Source: Candidatus Woesearchaeota archaeon (GTDB lineage: Archaea > Nanobdellota > Nanobdellia > Woesearchaeales > UBA10216). Taken from it: a stretch of DNA of 64,000 nucleotides. The notes below the pieces were generated by a model. That model did not search any database. It saw only the letters and a list, made by a program, of their open reading frames with translations, and was not told where the DNA came from. How positions within the stretch are numbered: the first letter of the stretch is position 1; each line of letters begins with the position of its first letter. This document shows, piece after piece, positions 18,872 through 27,555 of this stretch. Location: contig JACPTE010000012.1 in assembly GCA_016192945.1 (NCBI GenBank), positions 9,557-73,556 on the forward strand, given 5' to 3'. Position numbers and translations under genes: made by a program.

Positions 18872-19000
18872 GTCAACAATCCTGAGCAGCTTTGCAATCC
18901 TCATAACCATCACCCATTTGGAAAAGTAGCTACGATATATAAAAAATTTTTGTGGCGTTCTTGACAACATTTAAATATGATTGGCAGGCTTTATATGGGC

Positions 19001-19750
19001 ATGGAAGACAAAATCATGGAGCTTGTTGTTGGCAAGGATGAGGTTACCTGGCAGAGCATGCTCCTTGACCTTGTGAGGGCAGAGGGCATGGACCCCTGGG
19101 ATGTCAACATCACGCTTCTCACCCAGAAATACCTTGAAATGCTCAAGAAGCTCAAGGGCATTGACTTCAGGGTTTCAGGCAAGATGGTCCTTGCTGCCGC
19201 AATCCTTCTGAGGCTTAAGACCTCGCGGCTTATTGGCGAGGACATGATGGAGCTGGACAGGCTGATGAGGCCCCCGGAGGAGGTTAGCGAGGACGAGTTC
19301 TATGGCGAGCTTGAGTCAGGGAATGCTGAGCCTGAGCAGTTTGAGTACCCCCAGTTATTGCCCAGGACCCCCCAGCCGAGAAAGCGGAAGGTCAGCATAT
19401 ACGACCTTATGAACGCGCTTAACAAGGCCCTTGAAGTTCGGGATAGGAGGGTTATCCGGAGGATGCCAATCACAAACATCAGGATGCCTGAGAAGAAATA
19501 TGACATATCAAAGCTGATAACAGGCACCCTTGAGAGGATAAGGGAGCTCTTCAGCAGGGAGCACAAGGCTGCATTCTCCCAGATTGTTTTCAGCCCTGAA
19601 GAGAGGATACTTACATTCATCTCGCTGCTTCATCTCGCGAACCACGATCAGAGGAAGATAGACTTAGTCCAGAAAGAGCCATTTGGCGAGATTGAGATAA
19701 TTCTCAGGGAGGATTCCCCTGGCACTGGTTTGGCTGTTCAGCAGCAATAG
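19001..19750 (+). CDS. scpA: segregation and condensation protein A (ScpA kleisin)
   Basis: MDPWDVNITLLTQKYLEMLKKL...VLAAAILLRLK pattern of ScpA; TATA-like TTTAAATAT about 25 nt upstream; alternative starts at 18977 or 19016. Confidence 0.6.
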   Translation: MEDKIMELVVGKDEVTWQSMLLDLVRAEGMDPWDVNITLLTQKYLEMLKKLKGIDFRVSGKMVLAAAILLRLKTSRLIGEDMMELDRLMRPPEEVSEDEFYGELESGNAEPEQFEYPQLLPRTPQPRKRKVSIYDLMNALNKALEVRDRRVIRRMPITNIRMPEKKYDISKLITGTLERIRELFSREHKAAFSQIVFSPEERILTFISLLHLANHDQRKIDLVQKEPFGEIEIILREDSPGTGLAVQQQ

Positions 19751-19909
19751 AAACATCCACCAAAGCACCTCAACGAAACGAATTACAAAGCTGCTCTATA
19801 AAGTTTTACGTAATATTTCAACGGGTTTTATTCTTACAGGAATAAAATTGACAGAAAATTATTAATATTGGAATGATAATCTTAATTAAAAAAATGGAGG
19901 CGATATAAA

Positions 19910-20314
19910 ATGGCAACACGCCAAATCACTGAAATAACAGGAATAAACGGAAAGAAATTTGTTGTTGAATTGGCCGGAGATCAATATAACCCCCGGATTG
20001 CAGGCGTTCTACACATACCGCAAGAAGGAGCCACACAAGCCGAGTATTATGACGCACTGGAACAGGTTTTTGGTCTTGGGCCAAGAAGAATTGTAGTTGA
20101 TGTGAGCAGAGTGAATAATCCGGCTGAAAAGCTAACTTTCCGCTATGCAACACCCGGCTTCCCAAACAGGCCGCTAGACAGCCTGATTTATATTTCAGGG
20201 ATAAGGCCAGAAGATACTGGAGCTTCAGCTAACGAAAGATTTGCAAAAAGCTTTCTAACCAGCCCCGGAATAATTCCGGACTTGGAAACTGCAATACGGG
20301 CTGCACTGAGATAA
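19910..20314 (+). CDS. hypothetical protein
   Basis: 134 aa; GGAGG Shine-Dalgarno 9 nt upstream; long AT-rich leader; followed by a strong terminator; no recognisable family. Confidence 0.35.
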   Translation: MATRQITEITGINGKKFVVELAGDQYNPRIAGVLHIPQEGATQAEYYDALEQVFGLGPRRIVVDVSRVNNPAEKLTFRYATPGFPNRPLDSLIYISGIRPEDTGASANERFAKSFLTSPGIIPDLETAIRAALR

Positions 20315-20339
20315 ACTTGATTGCTCGAATGGGTACATA

Positions 20340-20380
20340 CCCCGCAGCTTGCTGTGGGGATTTTTTATTTTGTTTTTTTT
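20340..20380 (+). terminator. hairpin + oligo-T terminator
   Basis: CCCCGCAG-cttg-CTGTGGGG 8-bp stem followed by ATTTTTTATTTTGTTTTTTTT. Confidence 0.5.
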
Positions 20381-20505
20381 ATTTATACTAGCGGATTTTA
20401 ACTTCCTTGCCTATAAATGAACAACCCTACTGCCCCAAGTGGCGGGGTAAAATCATAAAAATTTATAAACCGCCAGCTTATCCGGAAGCCAGTGAAGGTG
20501 GCATT

Positions 20506-21477
20506 ATGAAGGCAAGGAATGGTGATGATTTCAAGGAGGATTTAGCTCTTATCTCAGGGAACGCCAACAGGGGGCTGTCTGAGGAAATAGCCAGGGTACT
20601 GGGCATGCCCCTTGCAAAGGCTGATATCGGCAGGTTTCCCAATGGCGAGTCCAGGGTTGAGATTCTTGAGTCTGTGAGAGGGAAGAATGTTTTTGTAATA
20701 CAGCCAACATGCCCACCTGTTAATGACAACCTGATGGAGCTTCTGCTCATAATTGATGCCCTGAAGAGGTCGTCAGCCCGCTCAATAACTGCTGTTGTGC
20801 CTTATTTTGGCTATTCAAAGCAGGATAAGAAAAAGACAGGGAGAGAGCCCATTTCGTCAAGGCTGGTTGCTGACATGCTTGCAACCGCAGGCATTCAGAG
20901 AATAGTCACCATAGACCTCCACGCCCCCCAGATTGAGGGCTTTTTCAACATACCTGTTGACAATCTCTCTGCATTGAGCCTTATCGCCGATTATGTAAGG
21001 GAAAAGAAGATTCAGGACCTGGTCATTGTGACTCCCGACGCTGGAGGCGCAAAGCGCGCCAGGTCGCTTGCCAACATGCTGGAGGCGAGGCTTGCCATCA
21101 TAGACAAGTACAGGGGCCATTATAAGGAGGCTACTGCCATGAATGTTGTAGGAAAGGTTAAGGACCTTAATGCAGTAATAGTTGATGACTTCATTGACAC
21201 GGGCTCAAGCATTGTTGAGGCTGTCAGGGCACTCAGGAATCACGAGGCAAAGAAAATTTATGTGGCTTGCACCCACCCGATAAACACAGAGCCTGCCACT
21301 GAGAGGCTTAAGGAGCTGGAGTGTGAGGAGATAATTGTCACAGACACAGTACCCCTGAGGGATGAGCAAAAGTTTGATAAAATAAGGGTGCTATCAGTTG
21401 CAGGCATGCTGGCTGAGACAATAAAAAAGATTCATCTGGGCGAGTCAGTAGCCCACCTGTTTCATCATTACAAATGA
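20506..21477 (+). CDS. prs: ribose-phosphate pyrophosphokinase (PRPP synthetase)
   Basis: GRFPNGESRVEI, VIQPTCPP, DLHAPQIEGFF, VTPDAGGAKRA motifs; start at MKARNG with GAAGGTGG Shine-Dalgarno; the track ORF starts at a TTG at 20407. Confidence 0.85.
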   Translation: MKARNGDDFKEDLALISGNANRGLSEEIARVLGMPLAKADIGRFPNGESRVEILESVRGKNVFVIQPTCPPVNDNLMELLLIIDALKRSSARSITAVVPYFGYSKQDKKKTGREPISSRLVADMLATAGIQRIVTIDLHAPQIEGFFNIPVDNLSALSLIADYVREKKIQDLVIVTPDAGGAKRARSLANMLEARLAIIDKYRGHYKEATAMNVVGKVKDLNAVIVDDFIDTGSSIVEAVRALRNHEAKKIYVACTHPINTEPATERLKELECEEIIVTDTVPLRDEQKFDKIRVLSVAGMLAETIKKIHLGESVAHLFHHYK

Positions 21478-21902
21478 CCCCGACAGAAGGGAAAAAAGTG
21501 GATGAGGAAGAGCTGCAGAAGAAGTATCTTGAGCTCCAGCTGATGGGAAAGCAGATAAAGAGCTCCCAGGCCCAGATAGAGGCGCTTGATGAGCAGCTTG
21601 AGGCAATGGAGCAGCTCCTGATTTATCTTGACGAGTTCAAGAGAGTGAAGCCCGGCTCAGAGATGCTGAGCGCAATAAGCGAGGGAATTTTCGTTAAGAG
21701 CACCCTCCAGTCCAATGCTGAGCTGGTTGTGAATGTTGGCAGCGATGTGGCTGTCACCAAGACCCCTGATGAGGCCCAGGAGCTTATAAGGGCCAGGATA
21801 GGGCAGGGCCAGAGGCATCGCACCAGACTTGTTGAAGACTTTGAGGGCATGGTTATGCTCGCCAGAGAATCTGAAAAAGAGCTTTCATCAATGGTGGAGT
21901 AG
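21474..21902 (+). CDS. pfdA: prefoldin alpha subunit
   Basis: 142 aa; coiled coil - beta hairpins (GSEMLSAISEGIFVKS) - coiled coil; conserved pfdA-ftsY linkage. Confidence 0.7.
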   Translation: MTPTEGKKVDEEELQKKYLELQLMGKQIKSSQAQIEALDEQLEAMEQLLIYLDEFKRVKPGSEMLSAISEGIFVKSTLQSNAELVVNVGSDVAVTKTPDEAQELIRARIGQGQRHRTRLVEDFEGMVMLARESEKELSSMVE

Positions 21903-21904
21903 CT

Positions 21905-23014
21905 GTGTTCAAATTCCTGAAGGATAAGCTCAAGGGAGTTCTTTCAAATTTTTCCAGGGAGATTGAAAAAGAAGCAGGCCAGGAGCCTGCTGAGGCAGCC
22001 CCTGAGAAATCCAAAGCAGAACCTATTGGGAAAGTGCAAAATGAACTTAAGGAAAAAGACCTGCCTGCAAGGGGCTTTTTTCAGCGCATAAAGGAGACTT
22101 TTGAAGGGCGCAGGGAAACAGACTCAGGGGAAAGGAAGGGCCTTGCCACTGTAGTGAAGGAGGCATTAACAACAAAACGGATTTCCAAAGAGAAGTTCCA
22201 TGAGCTTTTCTGGGACATGGAAGTAATGCTGCTTGAGAACAATGTTGCCATGGAAGTCATTGAGAAGATAAAGGGCGACCTTGAGTCAAGCCTTGTTGAC
22301 AAGCCCCTTCCAAGAGCAGGGGTTTCACAGGCCATATCAGCCACATTGAGGAAGACTATTGAAGGGCTGTTCGTGGCTGAAAAAGCCAGATTTATTGAAA
22401 AAGCCCGCTCAAAGAAGCCATTCATAATCCTGTTTCTGGGGATAAACGGCTCTGGCAAGACCACCACCATCGCAAAAATGGCAAAGCTGCTGATGAACCA
22501 CAAGCTGAAAGTGGCTTTGGCTGCATCAGACACCTTCAGGGCTGCATCAATAGAGCAGCTGCAGCATCATGCAGACATGCTGGGCGTACGGCTTATCAGG
22601 CATGATTACGGCTCAGACCCTGCAGCAGTCGCGTTTGATGCAATAAAATATGCTGAGTCAAAGGGAATTGACGCAGTGCTTATAGACACTGCAGGAAGGC
22701 TTCACAGCAACTCAAACCTGATGGCTGAGATGGGCAAGATAGTCAGGGTTTCCAACCCGGACCTCAAGCTTTTTATTGGCGAAAGCATCACAGGGAATGA
22801 CTGCGTTGAGCAGGCAAGAAGCTTTAACGAGGCAATAGGGATTGACGGCATAATACTCTCCAAGGCGGATGTTGATGAAAAGGGCGGGGCTGCAATCTCT
22901 GTTTCGCACGTCACAAAGAAGCCAATCCTATTCATAGGCACAGGCCAGGGCTATGATGACCTTGTTGAGTTCAATCCTAAGCTGGTCATTGAGGGGCTTG
23001 GGCTTGAGGCGTAA
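21905..23014 (+). CDS. ftsY: signal recognition particle receptor FtsY
   Basis: GINGSGKTTTIAKMA (G1), DTAGRLH (G3), SKADVDEKGG (G4); GTG start overlapping the pfdA stop. Confidence 0.85.
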   Translation: MFKFLKDKLKGVLSNFSREIEKEAGQEPAEAAPEKSKAEPIGKVQNELKEKDLPARGFFQRIKETFEGRRETDSGERKGLATVVKEALTTKRISKEKFHELFWDMEVMLLENNVAMEVIEKIKGDLESSLVDKPLPRAGVSQAISATLRKTIEGLFVAEKARFIEKARSKKPFIILFLGINGSGKTTTIAKMAKLLMNHKLKVALAASDTFRAASIEQLQHHADMLGVRLIRHDYGSDPAAVAFDAIKYAESKGIDAVLIDTAGRLHSNSNLMAEMGKIVRVSNPDLKLFIGESITGNDCVEQARSFNEAIGIDGIILSKADVDEKGGAAISVSHVTKKPILFIGTGQGYDDLVEFNPKLVIEGLGLEA

Positions 23015-23028
23015 TCCTGATAGCCTGG

Positions 23029-24033
23029 CTATTGGCCCTTGCTCCCCTGATAAGCAAGCACAATTGCCCCTTCCAGCAGGGTCTTTTCAATGCCATGCCT
23101 CATTGCCATGTAAACCTTGACTGGCCTCTGCCTTGCTCTTTCCTGCATGAACACGCCTGAAAAATAATCCATAGCGCCCTCCTCAGCCACTAATCCTTCA
23201 ATTCCATTTCCCCTAATCGTGTAAGCATTATTCCCTTCGGGTATTACCATGTATTTAACCGGCTCGCCTCCTGATTCAAGGAAGAATGTGAGGGCATGTT
23301 TGTCCTGAAGGTACTCCCTCTCCTGTCTTTTGGCAGCCTGCCCTTCCTGTCTGGATTCGGTATTTCTTCCATTATTCCTGACTATTCTGAGCAGCTTTTC
23401 TGATTTTTCAGGCGGTATGCTGCCTCCCACCACCAGCACTGCATATTGGCCTATGCCTCTTAATCTGCTTGAAGCTGCCATGGCAGCGTCCTCCAGCCTT
23501 CCATAAAATCTTGGCGCACCCAATGGAATCCTGCGCCCATGTATCTCCAATGCCTCGCTCGTTTTCATTCCATCAGCTCCCTGCCTTCCAGGGTAAATGC
23601 TGTAGCCTCTGCCATCAGGGCCTGAGCTGTTCGTAATGTAAAATAACACGCCTTCAGCGCCTAACGGCATTTCTGCATCTGCAAGGCTCTCAAGCGGAGC
23701 CCCAGGGGCTAATGCATAAGCTCTTGGTCCTGCTTCTGCGTGAATGCGTTTTAATCCAGATGGACTGCGCCTGTACCCTATTTTCCGGGCTGTATCATAC
23801 AGCTTTTCAGCTATTGCCACTCCTGCAGGCATTCTTGAAACTCCATCAGCCATCTCTTTAAGGCAATTGGGGCTTGCGTTAGCAGCAAGGTCTTCCAATG
23901 GGATTCCCCTGCCCCAGGACGCCCTTCTCAGGCTGTCCAGCTCCCCTGCCTTCTGAGGAGAGGTTTCCCTGAGGTAATGATAAAGGTAATTGGCCTCCTG
24001 CCATGTTAGTACTTCATCCGTTTGAATTGCCAT
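23029..24033 (-). CDS. hypothetical protein, compositionally atypical (GC-rich, Ala/Gly/Arg-rich)
   Basis: 334-aa ORF with visibly higher GC than its neighbours; no recognisable motifs. Confidence 0.3.
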   Translation of the reverse strand: MAIQTDEVLTWQEANYLYHYLRETSPQKAGELDSLRRASWGRGIPLEDLAANASPNCLKEMADGVSRMPAGVAIAEKLYDTARKIGYRRSPSGLKRIHAEAGPRAYALAPGAPLESLADAEMPLGAEGVLFYITNSSGPDGRGYSIYPGRQGADGMKTSEALEIHGRRIPLGAPRFYGRLEDAAMAASSRLRGIGQYAVLVVGGSIPPEKSEKLLRIVRNNGRNTESRQEGQAAKRQEREYLQDKHALTFFLESGGEPVKYMVIPEGNNAYTIRGNGIEGLVAEEGAMDYFSGVFMQERARQRPVKVYMAMRHGIEKTLLEGAIVLAYQGSKGQ

Positions 24034-24446
24034 ATTCTTCCCTCCCCTCAGTTTTTTTCCTATAGCCCTGCCTCAAGACCTTTTTTCGGGTTTGCCTCAA
24101 AAGGCCTTGAGAAAGAGCTTTTTTATTGAAGCAGTACTAGTACCAGCAACAATACGACTACCAATGCTAAAATCAAGTTTTCCCTGTTTGCCTTTTTTTG
24201 CTGCGCCATTTTGTTTTTTTATAGAGATGCCTTCCCAAGCGTTATAAAGCTCAGGAAGAAATTAGGAGAGCCTAGTTAAGGCTCAATACAATTACCAGAC
24301 CCAACAATGCAATAGAAGATATTGCTTTTAAAGCGTTTTTTTTCCTGCCAATGTTTTTCAGGGTCATGAATGGTGTATGCAATAGCTAATATTTAAACTT
24401 TGCGGCTTGTTTTTGTTTTTTTATATAAAATTAATATCTTATATAG

Positions 24447-25112
24447 TCAGTAGAACTCAAGCTCCCCTTCTGAATAAATCCCTTTCATCAGCTTTACAGG
24501 CCTCCAGTCATCAACAACCAGCTTTGCCCCAAGCCAGTCTGCCAGCTCCTGCGGGTTTCCTATGGTTGCAGAAAGGCCTATGATTTGCGCGTTTTTAAGG
24601 AGCTTTTTCAGCATGGTTATTATAATTTCAAGTGTAGGCCCCCTCTCAGGCTCGTTGAGAAGGTGTATCTCGTCCACAACTATTACGCCAACCATGCTTA
24701 TCCAGGGCGCGTAATGCCTAATCAGGCTGTCAAGCTTTTCAGAGACTGTGATTATCAGGTCGTATTCGGCAAGGTAAGGGTCTGCTGAGTCAAGGTCGCC
24801 TATTGACAGGGCTATCTTCAGAAAGCTCCCGTACCTGGCTTTGAAGTCGTTGTATTTCTCATTCGCAAGGGCTTTCAGGGGAACTATATAAACTGCTTTC
24901 CTGTTCCTGCCTAATATGGCTGATACTGCTGCAAGCTCTGCAATCAGGGTTTTTCCAGAGCTGGTTGGAGTGCATACGAGGACATTCTCCCCATCAAGCA
25001 GCCCGGCGGCTATTGCCTTTTCCTGGGCAGGCCTCAGCTCCTTTATCTCGCTGTCAAGCACAGCGTATAATTGCTCAGGCACTTTTCCCTTTAGCTCATG
25101 AAGTTTCATCAT
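24447..25112 (-). pseudogene. truncated Hel308/Ski2-like helicase (N-terminal RecA1 domain only)
   Basis: 221 aa with Walker A TPTSSGKT, DEIH box, SAT; ends at ...DDWRPVKLMKGIYSEGELEFY*, where full-length Hel308 continues for ~500 aa; ~400 bp of ORF-free AT-rich DNA follow. Confidence 0.6.
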
Positions 25113-25249
25113 CCAGGGGAAAAACCTGCGGTTTATAAAATTATAGACACGAAGTTAAGGTTTTTAGCCAGAAATTCAGCAGGAGATATCTGACAACCGC
25201 CTTTTAGGGAGCAGCAAAATATTTAAATGAGTTGCTCCAAACAACAGAT

Positions 25250-25387
25250 ATGGAAACCATAACAATACCCAAAGAAGAATATGAAAGATTAAAGCGAGAA
25301 GCAGAAGTTGACATAGAACTAGTCAACAAGATAAAAAGGAGCCTAGAGGACATAAAGCATGGAAGAGTAAAGGAATGGACTGGTTAG
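25250..25387 (+). CDS. small antitoxin-like protein (45 aa)
   Basis: METITIPKEEYERLKREAEVDIELVNKIKRSLEDIKHGRV; TATA-like ATATTTAAAT about 25 nt upstream; convergent, with its stop overlapping the RelE-like ORF. Confidence 0.35.
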   Translation: METITIPKEEYERLKREAEVDIELVNKIKRSLEDIKHGRVKEWTG

Positions 25388-25722
25388 TTCTTTTTCAATA
25401 AATCATAAACATATTGCTGATATTCTACCAAATCCAGTAAAATCCTATTAATTGTTGCCTTCTGTGCTTTCTTATCGCTTATAGCAATAGCCAAGATTAC
25501 AAAAGAATCCTTATAAACCAGATAATATAACCGTTTGCCATCAAACTTTTTTTCTCTGAAAAATGAAACTCCAGAAAGAGGCTTTCCCACGTCACCACCT
25601 TGTTCTTTTAATTGCTTTAAAATTTTGTTTACTCTTGCTTGCTCTTGAGAACTAAGTTTACTAAAGTCCTTGTTAAATTCAACTGTCGTGAATACCCGGA
25701 ATACCGGTGGTTTTACAATTAT
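25384..25722 (-). pseudogene. RelE/ParE-family toxin homolog lacking a canonical start codon
   Basis: Frame stays open for 112 codons (..TTVEFNKDFSKLSSQEQARVNKILKQLKEQGGDVGKPLSGVSFFREKKFDGKRLYYLVYKDSFVILAIAISDKK..); the only ATG/GTG/TTG start is the internal GTG at 25590 (the 68-aa track ORF), which would drop the N-terminal helix. Confidence 0.4.
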
Positions 25723-25971
25723 TATCTATATAAACATTTGGTTCAAAATGAACTTTGAACGGAGCTTTTTAAAGCAATGGCGAATATGGATGATTTTGGA
25801 TGACTTCACATATCTTTCAATGCTACCATACAAAGAAAGACAAAAGTTTCCTATTGCATTATTTCATCCTGATTTACTCGCTGGCAGGTGTCCTGCTTGC
25901 CATAACACTCGTCCACCAGAACAGGCAGGCTAAGGGGGAGAAAAGCAAATCTGATTAGTTATATCAGTATA

Positions 25972-27261
25972 TCAGAAATAATCATCAAGCCCTTTCTGGC
26001 CCTGGTTTTTGTGGCTGCCCTTAACCTGCTTTTTCAAGCCCTTTTCAGGATTTTCATTATTCTCAATCGCTCCAAAAACAGGCTTTCCATATTCGCCGTC
26101 GTAGCCTGGGATTATCTTCAGCTTCCCAGCCCTGTTCAGCATTATTGCAGATGCGATTTTTTCGCCTGTAACCCTTCCTATTTCCTCTCCCGGAGCTTCC
26201 AGGAGGACATTATACTCGCTTCCAAATGCCTTTATCAGCTCGTTAAATGCCTTCCATACTTTGGCTGTTGCTATTCCTGTGCCTGTTGCCTGGGCGATTA
26301 TTTCAGAGACTGGTATCAGCGAGTGGAATGGGGCTGCGTTTGGAGGCCTGAACCCCTCTGGCCTGTCTGCAAGCTCTTCAACCCTGTGGAGAACCCCTAT
26401 TGTCAGCTTTCTCCTGCATTTCGGGCAGATGTTTTTTTGCATTATTGATTCCTTCGGCTCGAGGCAGACTTCGCACGCCCTGTGCCCGTCAAGATGGTAT
26501 TTCCCGTATGCAGGGTCTACTTCAATTGTGGCTGCCAGCTTCTTGTTCCTTATTGAGCTTATTATTGCCCTGTAGCTTATTTCATTCAGCTCAAAAATAT
26601 TTGCTTCCCTTCCTATCCTCCATGGCCAGTAGCTGTGGCTGTCGGAATTTGAGATGAGCGTTATGCGGTCAAGCTCGCTTATGCGCCAGTTCATTGGGGG
26701 GTCTGAAGATAAACCTGTTTCTATTGCATGAATCTTGTTAACCCTGTCCCGGAAGCATTCCTTCAGGGAGTTAAACCCTGAGTTGCTCCCAAAAACGCTA
26801 AACCAGGGCGTCCATGCGTGCGCAGGTATTATCTCTATGTCTGCACTTATGCCCATCATCATGTCAACAAGCTCAATGCTGCTGAACCCGAAGATAGGCC
26901 TTCCGTCGTAGTCAAGCCTTCCCTTTCCTGCAAGTGCCTCTGTTACCTGGGAAACCACCTCTCCGCCTGGGGCGAGCAGGATGTAATGTATCCTCCTGCC
27001 TGCGTTATCCTGGGTGTAAATCAGCGATATCTCTGTCTGCCAGATAAATGGAAACCCCCCCTTGCTCCAGAGGATTCCTTTTTCGTCCTCTTCCAGCTCC
27101 TGCCTTACATCCTGCTGCCACTTTGGATGCTGAAAGTCCCCAGTCCCAAGGAGCCCGAGGCCTTTTATCCGAGCATACTTCTCAAGGTTTGCAAGGTTCA
27201 GGTCCTTGCTTGTGGCCCTCGCATAGTGGCTGTGAAGATGAAGGTCTGCTATCAGTTTCAT
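25972..27261 (-). CDS. PHP-domain nuclease, endonuclease Q (EndoQ/TIGR00375)-like
   Basis: MKLIADLHLHSHYA PHP motif, IPAHAWTPW, NSDSHS, zinc finger CEVC...CPKCRRK; start chosen at 27261 (ORF open to 27417), with a TTTAAAATA box about 30 nt upstream. Confidence 0.5.
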   Translation of the reverse strand: MKLIADLHLHSHYARATSKDLNLANLEKYARIKGLGLLGTGDFQHPKWQQDVRQELEEDEKGILWSKGGFPFIWQTEISLIYTQDNAGRRIHYILLAPGGEVVSQVTEALAGKGRLDYDGRPIFGFSSIELVDMMMGISADIEIIPAHAWTPWFSVFGSNSGFNSLKECFRDRVNKIHAIETGLSSDPPMNWRISELDRITLISNSDSHSYWPWRIGREANIFELNEISYRAIISSIRNKKLAATIEVDPAYGKYHLDGHRACEVCLEPKESIMQKNICPKCRRKLTIGVLHRVEELADRPEGFRPPNAAPFHSLIPVSEIIAQATGTGIATAKVWKAFNELIKAFGSEYNVLLEAPGEEIGRVTGEKIASAIMLNRAGKLKIIPGYDGEYGKPVFGAIENNENPEKGLKKQVKGSHKNQGQKGLDDYF

Positions 27262-27333
27262 TATTTTGAGAACCGTAGTGTTTATTTTAAAGGTTGTGTT
27301 ACATGTCTGAAGTGTGTGCGCCGGCAGGTAATT

Positions 27334-27354
27334 GTGAGCGAGTTCGTCGCTCAC
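27334..27354. repeat. perfect 8-bp stem / 5-nt loop hairpin GTGAGCGA-gttcg-TCGCTCAC in the EndoQ upstream region
   Basis: seen directly in sequence. Confidence 0.4.
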
Positions 27355-27441
27355 TCGCAAGTCACGGAGTTTCGCCCGCATTGAGTTTCGAACCCGCGTG
27401 ATACGGGATTGTATCAACTGGATTTTTTGTGATTTTATACG

Positions 27442-27530
27442 AGCGGAATTTAATATCCGGATAAAAATTGTAAATTCCGCTGGATATAGGCAAGGAAAAA
27501 ATCATACGAAAATTAACTTCCTTGCCTATA
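27442..27530. repeat. two adjacent long-loop inverted repeats (AGCGGAATTTA...TAAATTCCGCT and TATAGGCAAGGAA...TTCCTTGCCTATA)
   Basis: 11-bp and 13-bp perfect arms; an 18-nt segment TTAACTTCCTTGCCTATA and an AGCGGAtTTTA arm recur at 20390-20415 upstream of prs. Confidence 0.5.
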
Positions 27531-27555
27531 CTTAAGAAATAAAATTCGAACCTGT

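Noticed and set aside
20407-20505. N-terminal 33-aa extension of prs starting at TTG
   Set aside because: It overlaps the repeated element and the TATA-like CCTATAAAT. The Prs N-terminus (MKARNG...LALISGNAN) aligns with the ATG at 20506, which has a GAAGGTGG Shine-Dalgarno.
24130-24216. 28-aa hydrophobic micro-ORF in the gap after the truncated helicase
   Set aside because: No Shine-Dalgarno or promoter context; the sequence is plausible but unsupported, so it is mentioned only inside the helicase finding.
25670-25933. 87-aa plus-strand ORF
   Set aside because: It is antisense to the RelE-like frame. It is Trp/Phe-rich and low in complexity, and it has no start context.
27370-27420. tRNA-like GGGTTCGAAAC T-arm-like sequence on the minus strand
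   Set aside because: No complementary T-stem or acceptor stem could be built, so it is not a tRNA. It is retained only as part of the structured intergenic region.
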